Shown here: piece by piece, positions 30,664 to 39,843 of the stretch
Layout: each line of letters starts with the position of its first letter
Position numbering within the stretch: the stretch's first letter is position 1
Assembly (NCBI RefSeq): GCF_002087085.1
Contig: NZ_MWQY01000001.1
Location: forward strand, 186,001-250,000
Direction: 5' to 3'
Length of the DNA stretch: 64,000 bases
Notes under the pieces: generated by a model
The model's database searches: none
Told to the model about the DNA's origin: nothing
The model's input: only the letters and a program-made list of their open reading frames with translations
Program-made: the position numbers and the translations under genes

Positions 30664-31284
30664 ATGAAAGCATTGAAAATTTCTACCATTGTTGTATTTC
30701 TATTTTTAGCTACCGCATGTACTGAAGCCGATGAATCAAACCGTTCTACAGAAGTCGCAGAGCTAAAAGCAAAGGTTTACAATCTCCAGTCTGAAAATGA
30801 AAAACTGAAAGAGCGTAATGAAGAATTAACTACTGCCAATTCAACTCTAATCAAGGAGAAGAGTAGTCTATACAACCCTTTTTCTGGTAGTGGAAATCCT
30901 TTTAAATCCTTCCTGTTTTCCAACTCAACATCTTTTCCTTTTGGATATCTACAGGTTACAGGTTACTTCGAAGAAATTTTGATCTCAGATGTTGATAATG
31001 GATTAGAAGGACTTTGTCCGTTCTTTGTTGTTAATGAGATGGATTCAGATTTAAGTAACTACTTTTGGTCAATGATAAACAAGGGTAATACGTTCAATCG
31101 AAATATCGATGATCATATAGGTCTTTCTCTCAATCTTGATGATACACCAGAGATCATCATTGATGAACTGAAATCGAGTAGTAAGGAAATCACTGTCATC
31201 GGCTATCTAAGAGATTTAGAACTTGGTGGAAATATGACGTTGTGTAATCAGTATTTTACTCCCTTGGCAGTAATTTCCCCATAA
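30664..31284 (+). CDS. Lipoprotein, putative cognate immunity protein
   Basis: Starts 3 nt after the toxin stop; AT-rich like the toxin tip; FLATA|C lipobox followed by a coiled coil. Confidence 0.7.
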   Translation: MKALKISTIVVFLFLATACTEADESNRSTEVAELKAKVYNLQSENEKLKERNEELTTANSTLIKEKSSLYNPFSGSGNPFKSFLFSNSTSFPFGYLQVTGYFEEILISDVDNGLEGLCPFFVVNEMDSDLSNYFWSMINKGNTFNRNIDDHIGLSLNLDDTPEIIIDELKSSSKEITVIGYLRDLELGGNMTLCNQYFTPLAVISP

Positions 31285-31299
31285 TAACCGTATTACACA

Positions 31300-31323
31300 G
31301 CATCCCGGAATTCTCCGGGATGC
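31300..31323 (+). terminator. Stem-loop closing the toxin operon
   Basis: GCATCCCGGA-attc-TCCGGGATGC, a perfect 10-bp stem 15 nt after the stop; no clear U-tract. Confidence 0.55.
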
Positions 31324-31520
31324 CTGTCCGAATTATTATATTATGCAGTACGTAATGAGATTATTTATTTATATGTACTACAGTAGTAGTTTATCTGCTT
31401 TTGGGGATAAATTGAACAGAAGTAACGATCGCAATTTTCTGTCGTCCATTCATCAGGCATGAAGAACCTTTGAGACTGAAAAAAAGCGCATGATCGAAAC
31501 CGTTGTTGGCTAATGGTTCT

Positions 31521-32342
31521 TCATTTCTCAGAAGCCAGTGCGAATCCTTTCATAAAGCTCTCTTGCATAATAAAGAATACAAAAAGGGGCGGAATCATGG
31601 TAATCATGACTCCTGCCATAATGACGCCCCAGTTATTCATCGCTTCGGCCTGGATAAGCATTTTGACGCCGATTTGAACTACGCGCATCTGCTTGGAGTT
31701 GGTAGCCATCAGCGGCCAGAGATACTGGTTCCATATATATATAAACTCGATTACCGTGAGGGCGCCAATTGAGTTTTTGGATAAGGGAATAAGGATTTGA
31801 AACAGGTATCGAAGGGGGTGACATCCATCCATCTTGGCAGCATCGAGAAGTTCAAGGGGAATGGTACGGAATCGCTGGACGAAGAGAAACGTCCCGGTTG
31901 CACTTGCCAGGAAGGGAAAAATAAGTCCGGCATATGTATCTATCCAGCCGAAACTGCTTACGATGCCGAAAAGAGCTACTATGCGTACCGGTATGGGCAG
32001 CAGCAGGGTTATGATTACTATGAAGAAGAGCAGGTTCTTTCCCTTGAAGTCGAAGTGGGTAAAAGCAAAGGCCGCCAACAGGCTGAATACTATTTTTCCA
32101 GCTGTCACGGCAGCTGCAATAATTGTTGAATTCAACATCATCCGGCCGAGGCTGACGCTTCGCCACGCGGCAGTGTAATTACTGAAATGTGCGGAAGGAA
32201 GAAGTTTAGGAGGTGAAGAGTAGACTTCCGCCGGTGTTTGCGTACTTATAACGAATGAAAGCACAACGGGAAGGCTGACTATCAGGATGCTGAGGATTAT
32301 CACAGCATGCAGGGCGATTGTCTGTAATCTTGTACGTTTCAT
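31521..32342 (-). CDS. ugpE: Carbohydrate ABC permease (UgpE-like)
   Basis: ASATGTFLF.Q.F.TIP.EL.DAAKMDG and FIYIWNQYLWPL. Confidence 0.8.
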   Translation of the reverse strand: MKRTRLQTIALHAVIILSILIVSLPVVLSFVISTQTPAEVYSSPPKLLPSAHFSNYTAAWRSVSLGRMMLNSTIIAAAVTAGKIVFSLLAAFAFTHFDFKGKNLLFFIVIITLLLPIPVRIVALFGIVSSFGWIDTYAGLIFPFLASATGTFLFVQRFRTIPLELLDAAKMDGCHPLRYLFQILIPLSKNSIGALTVIEFIYIWNQYLWPLMATNSKQMRVVQIGVKMLIQAEAMNNWGVIMAGVMITMIPPLFVFFIMQESFMKGFALASEK

Positions 32343-32351
32343 GGCTTTTTC

Positions 32352-33233
32352 CTATTGATAGTAGACCTTACGGCCGGTTGTCTTGAACTGTATCAATGTA
32401 AGAAACACTACAAGGGTGAACAAAATAAGACTCTCAGCAGCGGCGTATCCGGTCTTCGCGTTGACAAAAAAGTCTCTGTATAACTGATAGATAAGAATAT
32501 TTGTTGAATTCGCCGGTCCACCTTCCGTGAGAACATCTATCAAACCGAAGGACTGGAAATATGAGTAGATAATATTCATTATCAGGAGAAAAAAGGTAGT
32601 AGGCGAGAGCATCGGAAAAGTAATGTAGATGAACCTCTTGACGGAGCCCGCCCCGTCGATCGCTGCCGACTCTATGGCTTCTTTCTGCACATTCTGCAGA
32701 CCTGCAAGATAAAATATAATGTTGTACCCGAGGTTTTTCCATGTGGCCGCCACTGTTACCACCAGAATCGCGAGGGTGCTGTTGGTAAGCCACTCCACAT
32801 TCATACCGGTGGCTACCTGGAAAAAATGGTTCATATACCCATTGGCAGGGTTAAAAAGGAATCTGAATATTGCTCCCGATATCGCCGGGGACAGGGCGTA
32901 GGGCCATATAAGCAGGGTACGGTAGATTTTAATCCCTTTTATATCCTGATTCAGCATGAGAGCGATCAGTAAACTGATGCTGAGGCCTGCGAGTACCACT
33001 GCGAGAGAAAAAACGACGGATGTTATAAAACTCTTGATATATACTTCATCAGAAAACAGATTGATAAAATTATGCAAACCGGCAAAGATTGTCTTGAGAC
33101 CGAAGGGATGAACCTTGTAGAAACTCAAGCGGAATGTTTCAATGGCAGGATAGAAAAGAAATACTATCAGAATAATGAATGTTGGCAGTAATAGCAGGTA
33201 TGGTAACCGTTTATTGTGAAAATAGGACTGCAT
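32352..33233 (-). CDS. ugpA: Carbohydrate ABC permease (UgpA-like)
   Basis: YRTLLIWPYALSPA, ESAAIDGA and FPMLSPTTFFL. Confidence 0.8.
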   Translation of the reverse strand: MQSYFHNKRLPYLLLLPTFIILIVFLFYPAIETFRLSFYKVHPFGLKTIFAGLHNFINLFSDEVYIKSFITSVVFSLAVVLAGLSISLLIALMLNQDIKGIKIYRTLLIWPYALSPAISGAIFRFLFNPANGYMNHFFQVATGMNVEWLTNSTLAILVVTVAATWKNLGYNIIFYLAGLQNVQKEAIESAAIDGAGSVKRFIYITFPMLSPTTFFLLIMNIIYSYFQSFGLIDVLTEGGPANSTNILIYQLYRDFFVNAKTGYAAAESLILFTLVVFLTLIQFKTTGRKVYYQ

Positions 33234-33261
33234 GATCCTTTTCCTTTCTGAATTGTCAGGC

Positions 33262-33282
33262 GGGCGGCAGATTCTGCCGCCC
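33262..33282 (-). terminator. Intergenic stem-loop after the binding-protein gene
   Basis: GGGCGGCAG-att-CTGCCGCCC; typical mRNA-stabilising or attenuating hairpin in ABC operons. Confidence 0.5.
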
Positions 33283-33301
33283 ATCCCGCTAAATACGGCG
33301 G

Positions 33302-34660
33302 TTATTCGACTAATTCATTCCATTCAAGCATCGATTTGGTAGTCTTTTCAGCCGCTTCATCAAGGGCTTCCTTGACTGTCATCTCTCCTGCATATACCTT
33401 CTGGATTCCTGTCTCTATAAGTGACCGTGCTTCAGGGAATACTCCCATCAGGGATCCGGCTGTATTGAGGGTATAGGGACTTTCAAGGAGTTGGTCAAAA
33501 GCCGTGCGGAAGTTGGGATTCTCATCGAACCAGCCTTCGGCTTCAAGCATTTCCATTGCAGTCTCTCGTACGGGAAAGTACCCCGTTCCTTTGTGCCAGC
33601 GAACCTGGGGCTCGTCGCTGGAGATGTACTTTACGAGTTTCAGAGCAGCCAGGAGCTCTTCGTTCGGATGATTGTTGGTTATCCAGAGACTTCCTCCGCC
33701 GATGGTTACGCCGCCGCGTGCCCCTTCCGGACGGGGAATATAGCCGGTACCCATTTCCCATCCCTTTTCCTTTAGAAGACCGGTAAGCTGATTTACATCG
33801 GATGTGGAGGACATTACCATGGCAACTTCCCCTGAACCGAAGGCCGCTCGATGGTTGGCCCAGCCAGGTCCGACGTCGAGGAACAGTCCGTCCCGCTCCA
33901 TTCCTGTCCACCATTCGAGAATCCGTTGTCCCGCTTGGCCGTTGAATAATGCCCTGGTCGGATATTCACCCATTCGACCGTTGTCATTGTTGACAAAGGG
34001 TGCGTCCATGAGGCAATGAAATTCCTCGAAATACCAGCTGTTCAGGTTCCATGAAATTGGAGCTTTTAATTGAGGAATCTTCTGTTTGAGAATTTTTGAG
34101 TATTCTATGACTTCTTCGAATGTTTTCGGTGGCTTTTCGGGATCAAGACCAGCCTGTTCAAAGAAGGTCTTATTGTAATACATCAGAGGAGTCGAAGAAT
34201 TGAAAGGCATGGAATAGTGTTTCCCATTGATTGTGTAATAATTACGTACCGGCGAAAAAAACGTTTCCCAGTCTATAGGATCCCATGCCTCGATTTCGTA
34301 GATTGGTGTAACGATCCCGCTGTTGGCCATCTGAAGGGTTCCGATTTCGTAGATATGAAACACATGGGGGGCATTCCCCGCTTTCGATGCCGCTTTGACT
34401 TTGTTCAAGGTGTCGTTGTACGATCCAGTGTATTGTACCTCAACTTTTATATTTGGATTGGCCTTCATAAAATCATCCACTATTCCCTGGATGAGATCAA
34501 TTCTTGAGCCTCCCATGGCATGCCAGAATTGAATAGTCACCGGTTCTGTGATTTCCACTGTCTCTTTTTCACCTGCGGCAGTCTGTTCCGGCTGCCCGCC
34601 TGAGAAAAGTGGAAATACAATTAAGAGCAGGCTGCATGTAACTAGTAGAACATTTTTCAT
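33302..34660 (-). CDS. ugpB: ABC substrate-binding protein (UgpB-like, glycerol-3-phosphate type)
   Basis: FWHAMGG, SMPFNSSTPLMYYNK, IGGGSLW and WHKGTGYFP. Confidence 0.8.
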   Translation of the reverse strand: MKNVLLVTCSLLLIVFPLFSGGQPEQTAAGEKETVEITEPVTIQFWHAMGGSRIDLIQGIVDDFMKANPNIKVEVQYTGSYNDTLNKVKAASKAGNAPHVFHIYEIGTLQMANSGIVTPIYEIEAWDPIDWETFFSPVRNYYTINGKHYSMPFNSSTPLMYYNKTFFEQAGLDPEKPPKTFEEVIEYSKILKQKIPQLKAPISWNLNSWYFEEFHCLMDAPFVNNDNGRMGEYPTRALFNGQAGQRILEWWTGMERDGLFLDVGPGWANHRAAFGSGEVAMVMSSTSDVNQLTGLLKEKGWEMGTGYIPRPEGARGGVTIGGGSLWITNNHPNEELLAALKLVKYISSDEPQVRWHKGTGYFPVRETAMEMLEAEGWFDENPNFRTAFDQLLESPYTLNTAGSLMGVFPEARSLIETGIQKVYAGEMTVKEALDEAAEKTTKSMLEWNELVE

Positions 34661-34709
34661 ACGCACTCTCCTAATCTGGATTTTTATTGTGGATGTTTCC
34701 CCTCTTTCT

Positions 34710-34738
34710 ATTAAATATCCGTTATAAGTATTTGTCAA
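34710..34738 (-). promoter_or_regulatory. sigma70-like promoter for the ugpBAE-like operon
   Basis: Minus strand TTGACA-17 nt-TTTAAT, ~50 nt upstream of the ATG. Confidence 0.6.
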
Positions 34739-35038
34739 ATTATCTTCCGTCTCAGGTCGCAGCTCTATGGATATATATAGAAAAATAGAGATTATATTCT
34801 GAAGTATATGACTTTCTTCGGATTTTTCTTTTATTCATTCTCGATGGCAGAGGCTCTTTCCCTGACTTGGTGACATAGGTGCCGCAGTTATCTGGCCCTG
34901 GAGAGGGCAGTTGAATACGTGAATACATTTTTCACATTATCCCGTACCAGATTCATAATAGGTGCGGTTTTCTCTTCCTGGTCTTTTGACCATATCAATC
35001 AGGATTGTAATATTGACAGAAGCGGAGTAGGATACTTT

Positions 35039-36232
35039 ATGGCCCGGTTCGATCGTTATCTCCGGCGTTTGTTGTATATAGTATTTCTCTTCTTTCTGTT
35101 TCTTGATTTTCCGAGTGATTGGGAACAAAGGATAATTCTGCTGGCTGTGTCCGGTGTTTCGTTACTGGCCGGACTGTTCTTCGCAGAAATATGGTGGGGC
35201 GAACATTCTTTTTTTCAAAACAGACTGGTAATTGCATCGGAACTTGTCCTTGCCTCCTGTGCGGCATCATTTTTCTCCTTGCCTCATTTTCTGTTTTTCA
35301 CTCCCGTCATTGCACTGCGAATGGGATTGCTCTTTGCCGATGAATCAGGCTGGAAGCAGCGGATTGCACTGGTGATGACCTCCGTTCCTCCTCTACTGGC
35401 GGGGATAGCGGCAAGTCCCCCGGCGCTGACACTGTATCTTGCAGCAGCCCTTGCGGCTTCCTGCGCCGCCTGTTTTTCCATGCTTTTTCATCGTGAGCAG
35501 AAATCAATCCGCCTGGAAACTGAAAAGAACCTTCAAACGAAGGATGCCATTCTTTCAACCCTGGCCCACGAGGTTCGCACGCCTCTTACCGTTATCCAGT
35601 CCACCGTCGATATCATGTGTGAAGGCAGGGGCGGTCCCTTGAGTCCACGGCAGTATCAGTTTCTCCAGTCCGTGGGGAGCAATGTACGCAGACTGGTAAC
35701 ACTCTCCGACGCCATTCTTGCCAGTATACGAGTGGAGAGTGCCTGGTTTACGGTCAGTCTGCACCCCATTGATATCCGGCGGTTAATAAAGGATGTTGCA
35801 GTTCATATGCGGCCCGTCCTGGAGGAAAAACAGATCGAACTTCGCTACTCGTTTCCGAAACTCCTGTCCCGTCCGCCTGCGGATGAAGGATGGATACATC
35901 AGGTGCTGGTAAATCTTGTTCATAACGCGGTCAAGCATCTTCGCTATGGAGGACGGATCATTATTTCCGTAAACGAAAATGAACAGGCCATGGTTGTTTC
36001 TGTCAGCGATAATGGTTCCGGAATACGGCTGGGGGAACGAGCCAAGGTCTTCAATGAGTTTTTTCAGGGAGACAGCTGGTCGGATGAACAGCTGGACGGT
36101 GCCGGATTAGGACTGGCCATTGTCAAGAAGGTAATCGAAAAGCATAATGGAAAGGTATATGTCAGCTCTGTGGAACATGTGGGTACTACTGTCTCCTTTA
36201 CGCTGCCTCATCATGAGGAAGATGATCAGTGA
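35039..36232 (+). CDS. Membrane sensor histidine kinase
   Basis: Multi-TM N-terminus; AHEVRTPL, QVLVNLVHNAVKH, DNGSG and GAGLGL. Confidence 0.93.
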   Translation: MARFDRYLRRLLYIVFLFFLFLDFPSDWEQRIILLAVSGVSLLAGLFFAEIWWGEHSFFQNRLVIASELVLASCAASFFSLPHFLFFTPVIALRMGLLFADESGWKQRIALVMTSVPPLLAGIAASPPALTLYLAAALAASCAACFSMLFHREQKSIRLETEKNLQTKDAILSTLAHEVRTPLTVIQSTVDIMCEGRGGPLSPRQYQFLQSVGSNVRRLVTLSDAILASIRVESAWFTVSLHPIDIRRLIKDVAVHMRPVLEEKQIELRYSFPKLLSRPPADEGWIHQVLVNLVHNAVKHLRYGGRIIISVNENEQAMVVSVSDNGSGIRLGERAKVFNEFFQGDSWSDEQLDGAGLGLAIVKKVIEKHNGKVYVSSVEHVGTTVSFTLPHHEEDDQ

Positions 36233-36930
36233 GTGATACTGCGAAAAAGATCCTTGTGGTGGATGACGAACCGCATATTCTGGATCTTCTTCATTTTCTC
36301 CTCACCGATGAAGGATACCTCGTTACTGCCGCGGATACCGGAGAGACGGCCATCGAGCTCGCCGGACATGAGGATTTCGACCTGGTAATACTGGATCTCG
36401 CGCTGCCGGGAATAGACGGTTTTTCCGTGTGCCGGCGACTGCAGAATCAGAATATACCCGTGCTTATGCTCAGCAGTTACGATGAGGATGATTATGTTGT
36501 GTCCGGTCTGGAGACGGGCGCCCTCGATTATGTCCGAAAACCATTCAATCACCGGGAGCTGATTCTCAGGGTGGCCAATCTTGTCGACAGAAACACGAGC
36601 TTGAAAACGCCGAAAACCCTGATCAGTGAGGATGTCCGGATTAATCTTGATACGGAAGAGGTTATCTGCCGGGGCCGCGTTATACGGCTTACCCCCACCG
36701 AGTATCTGCTGTTAAAACTGCTTATGAGCAGACAGGGAATGGTTCTCAGCTCTGAGGATATCCTGCATGAAGTATGGGATGCCGATGAATGGGACGGCTA
36801 TCGGCAGATGGTGAAAGTAAATATTCAAAGACTGCGCAACAAAATTGAGAAGTACCCCCGGAACCCGGTAATGATTGTAAACCAGTGGGGCCGGGGTTAC
36901 CGCTTTGTCCCCACTGTTACCGTTTCGTAA
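36229..36930 (+). CDS. OmpR/PhoB family response regulator
   Basis: LVVDDE, LDLALPGIDG, KPF, LTPTEY and WGRGYRF. Confidence 0.95.
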   Translation: MSDTAKKILVVDDEPHILDLLHFLLTDEGYLVTAADTGETAIELAGHEDFDLVILDLALPGIDGFSVCRRLQNQNIPVLMLSSYDEDDYVVSGLETGALDYVRKPFNHRELILRVANLVDRNTSLKTPKTLISEDVRINLDTEEVICRGRVIRLTPTEYLLLKLLMSRQGMVLSSEDILHEVWDADEWDGYRQMVKVNIQRLRNKIEKYPRNPVMIVNQWGRGYRFVPTVTVS

Positions 36931-36982
36931 CCCGATTGTAACCATATTGTTTCTTGCCCGTTACAGGGGCTGCCTCTACACT
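36915..36982 (+). promoter_or_regulatory. 11-bp-periodic direct repeat array overlapping a sigma70 promoter
   Basis: GTTAC, GTAAC, GTAAC, GTTTC and GTTAC at 36916, 36927, 36938, 36949 and 36960; TTGCCC (36954)-17 nt-TACACT (36977). Confidence 0.65.
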
Positions 36983-37027
36983 GAAAGGGACTTTAGATCA
37001 TTACGGTAAATATGGAGGAGAATTATC

Positions 37028-38056
37028 ATGAAAAGAGTAATTGCATTAGCCCTGGTGCTGCTGCTGTTCGTCTCTTTCGGTGTTTTTGCGGGGGGAGAAA
37101 AAGAGAGCGCCGGTAAAGTGACAGCGTATACAACCCTGGACGAGGAACTTGCCAGAAAGGTATTCAAGGCTTTTACAGACGAAACTGGCATACAGGTTGA
37201 CTGGGTACGGCTTTCCACCGGGGAATGCGTAGCCAGAATGGAGGCGGAAAAAGAGAATCCCCAGGCAAGTATCTGGTACGGAGGGGTGGGCCTTGGTCAT
37301 ATCGAAGCAAAGAACAAGGGACTGACCATGCCCTACGAGAGTCCTGCCGCTGCGATGCCTGAGAACTTCCGCGATGCCGACCGTTACTGGTCCGGAATCT
37401 ACGCCGGCCCCCTCTGCTTCGAAAGCAACACCCAGGCCCTGGAGAAATTCGGTCTTACAGCCCCCACTTCCTGGGAAGAACTCGCGGATCCCAGGTACAA
37501 AAATCATGTGCAGATGGCGAATCCCGGTTCATCCGGAACCTCCTACAATGTGCTGGCGACCATGGTCCAGATATACGGCGAAGAGAAGGCCTTTGATTAC
37601 ATGAAGCGGCTGGATCAGAACATTACCCAGTATACCCGCAGCGGTTCCGCCCCGGGAAAGAACGCCGCCATTGGTGAGATAACCGTCGCCATCGGATATG
37701 CTCATGACGGCGTACGACTGGTCAACGAAGGCTACCCTCTGGAAATCACCTTTCCCTCCGAAGGGACCGGCTATGAAGTAGCATCCGTCAGTCTTATCAA
37801 GGGCGGGCCTGCGGAAGAACTTGAAGCCGCGAAGAAACTCTATGACTGGGCCCTGAGTGAAACCGCTGCAGAAATCTACACCACGGCCTTTGTCGTTCCC
37901 TTTGTTGATGTACCCCTTCCCAAGGGTGCCATGCCGATCAGCAAGGTTAACACCATTGATCAGGATGACGAATGGGCGGCAGAAAACAAGACCCGCCTGG
38001 TGGAAAAATGGAACGCCATCATTGGTGGTGAATCCAGGACGGAAGCCAAGAAATAG
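37028..38056 (+). CDS. ABC substrate-binding protein, AfuA/FbpA-like (sugar-phosphate or Fe3+ class)
   Basis: RLSTGE, EKENPQASIWYGG, ANPGSSGT, QYTRSGSAP and GTGYE. Confidence 0.85.
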   Translation: MKRVIALALVLLLFVSFGVFAGGEKESAGKVTAYTTLDEELARKVFKAFTDETGIQVDWVRLSTGECVARMEAEKENPQASIWYGGVGLGHIEAKNKGLTMPYESPAAAMPENFRDADRYWSGIYAGPLCFESNTQALEKFGLTAPTSWEELADPRYKNHVQMANPGSSGTSYNVLATMVQIYGEEKAFDYMKRLDQNITQYTRSGSAPGKNAAIGEITVAIGYAHDGVRLVNEGYPLEITFPSEGTGYEVASVSLIKGGPAEELEAAKKLYDWALSETAAEIYTTAFVVPFVDVPLPKGAMPISKVNTIDQDDEWAAENKTRLVEKWNAIIGGESRTEAKK

Positions 38057-38134
38057 TCGTACTGGTAATCCGGAAGGGCGTTTCCATGTACGGGAAGTGC
38101 CCTTCCTTTGTGTTTTTTCCAAGGAGCATTATTC

Positions 38135-39820
38135 ATGATTACTGCACGGAATCCGCGACGGATTAATAACGGCTTTCATCAGCTCACCAGGGAGCCGGCC
38201 CTGATGATCGGTGTACTTATCATTACCGGACTGCTGGTCCTGTTTATTCTTTACCCCATGTTTGCGGCGGCCAAAATGAGTCTGACGCCGGATGGTAAGT
38301 TTTCCGGTTCGGTGTACCGTTATGTGCTGACCCATTCTCAATATTTGAGCGCCATCAGGAACAGTGTTCTCCTGGGTGCTATTGTTGCGTCACTGGCGAC
38401 GTTTATCGGTTTTCTGTTTGCCTTTGCCCTTACCAGGGTGCGCATCGGCGGGAAAAAGTTTTTTCAGGGAATGGCGCTGCTGCCGATCATCTCGCCTCCC
38501 TTCATGTTTGCCCTCTCGGTTATTCTTCTGTTCGGACGAAACGGCCTTATCACCTCAAAACTGCTGGGAATGGACATGGCCAATATTTACGGACTTAAAG
38601 GTCTGGTTATCGTGCAGACCGTCAGTATGTTTCCCATTGCATACATGACCCTTTCGGGTATTCTGCAGGGGATAGATCCTGATCTTGAAACCTGTGCCAT
38701 GAATCTCGGAGCAAAACGCGGAAGGGCTTTTCTTACCGTAACCCTGCCATTGGCACTCCCGGGTATTTTTGCTTCCTGGCTGCTGGTTTTCGTCAGCAGT
38801 CTGACCGACTTCGGCAATCCCATCATTATCGGAGGAAACTTCAACGTTCTGTCGGTCCAGGCATACCTGGAGTTTACTGGTATGGGAAACCTGCCCAGGG
38901 GTACTGCTCTGGCCATGCTGCTTCTGGTACCGACCGTCGGCGTCTTTTTTGTTCAGAAATACATAATGAAAAACAAGAGCTATGTCACGGTTACCGGAAA
39001 ATCGAGTCGGCGAAGCACGGCCCAGTCTTCTGCTGCCCTGAGAATAATTCTTACTTTTGTCTGTGCAGCCATCTCCGGTTTTATTCTGCTTTTTTATGCC
39101 ACCATCATCGGCGGAAGCTTTATAAAACTCTGGGGAATCAACTGGAGTTTTACGCTTAACCATTTTGTGTACAGCTGGGACGTGGGCTTTACTACCATGA
39201 AGAATACGCTTTTTCTTGCCATTGTAAGCACCCCCATTACAGCTCTGTTCGGTATGGCGATTGCCTATATTGTCGTGCGCAAGGATTTTCCCGGCAAGCA
39301 CCTCATGGAGTTTATCTCCATGCTCAGCTACGCTATTCCCGGTACAGCCGTGGGTATCGGGTATATCCTCGCTTTCAACAAGGCTCCTTTTGAGCTTTCC
39401 GGAACAGCGTTTATTCTTATTACCTGTTATGTTTTCCGGAATGTTCCTATTGGAGTGGAGGGGGGGATTGCCGCCCTTAAACAGATCTCCAACGAAATAG
39501 AGGAATCATCAATAAACCTTGGTGCCACCAGTGCCGCGACGTTCCGCAAAATAACCCTCCCGCTTATCCGCCCGGCCCTGTTTTCCGGGGCGACTTTTGC
39601 CTTTGTGCGGAGCATGACTGCAATCAGCGCCATTATTTTTCTTGTCTCGGCACGGTGGAATCACATGACGGTACTTATTCTCGCCCAGACGGAAATTATG
39701 CGACTCGGAGCGGCCTCGGTCATGTCGTTTGCCCTCATAATCGTAATAATGGTCTTCATTTTCATAATCATGAAGGTCACGGGTCTGGGACGGGAACAGA
39801 TCTTCGGCACAACAAAGTAA
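38135..39820 (+). CDS. ABC permease, fused duplicated FbpB/AfuB-like
   Basis: LPIISPPF, DFGNP, YAIPGT and two EAA-like loops. Confidence 0.9.
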   Translation: MITARNPRRINNGFHQLTREPALMIGVLIITGLLVLFILYPMFAAAKMSLTPDGKFSGSVYRYVLTHSQYLSAIRNSVLLGAIVASLATFIGFLFAFALTRVRIGGKKFFQGMALLPIISPPFMFALSVILLFGRNGLITSKLLGMDMANIYGLKGLVIVQTVSMFPIAYMTLSGILQGIDPDLETCAMNLGAKRGRAFLTVTLPLALPGIFASWLLVFVSSLTDFGNPIIIGGNFNVLSVQAYLEFTGMGNLPRGTALAMLLLVPTVGVFFVQKYIMKNKSYVTVTGKSSRRSTAQSSAALRIILTFVCAAISGFILLFYATIIGGSFIKLWGINWSFTLNHFVYSWDVGFTTMKNTLFLAIVSTPITALFGMAIAYIVVRKDFPGKHLMEFISMLSYAIPGTAVGIGYILAFNKAPFELSGTAFILITCYVFRNVPIGVEGGIAALKQISNEIEESSINLGATSAATFRKITLPLIRPALFSGATFAFVRSMTAISAIIFLVSARWNHMTVLILAQTEIMRLGAASVMSFALIIVIMVFIFIIMKVTGLGREQIFGTTK

Positions 39821-39843
39821 CAAAGCATTAGAAGGAACAGGCG

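Noticed and set aside
31285..31520. AT-rich spacer as an orphan toxin cassette, att site or IS end
   Set aside because: No Rhs-core remnant, credible ORF or terminal repeats seen.
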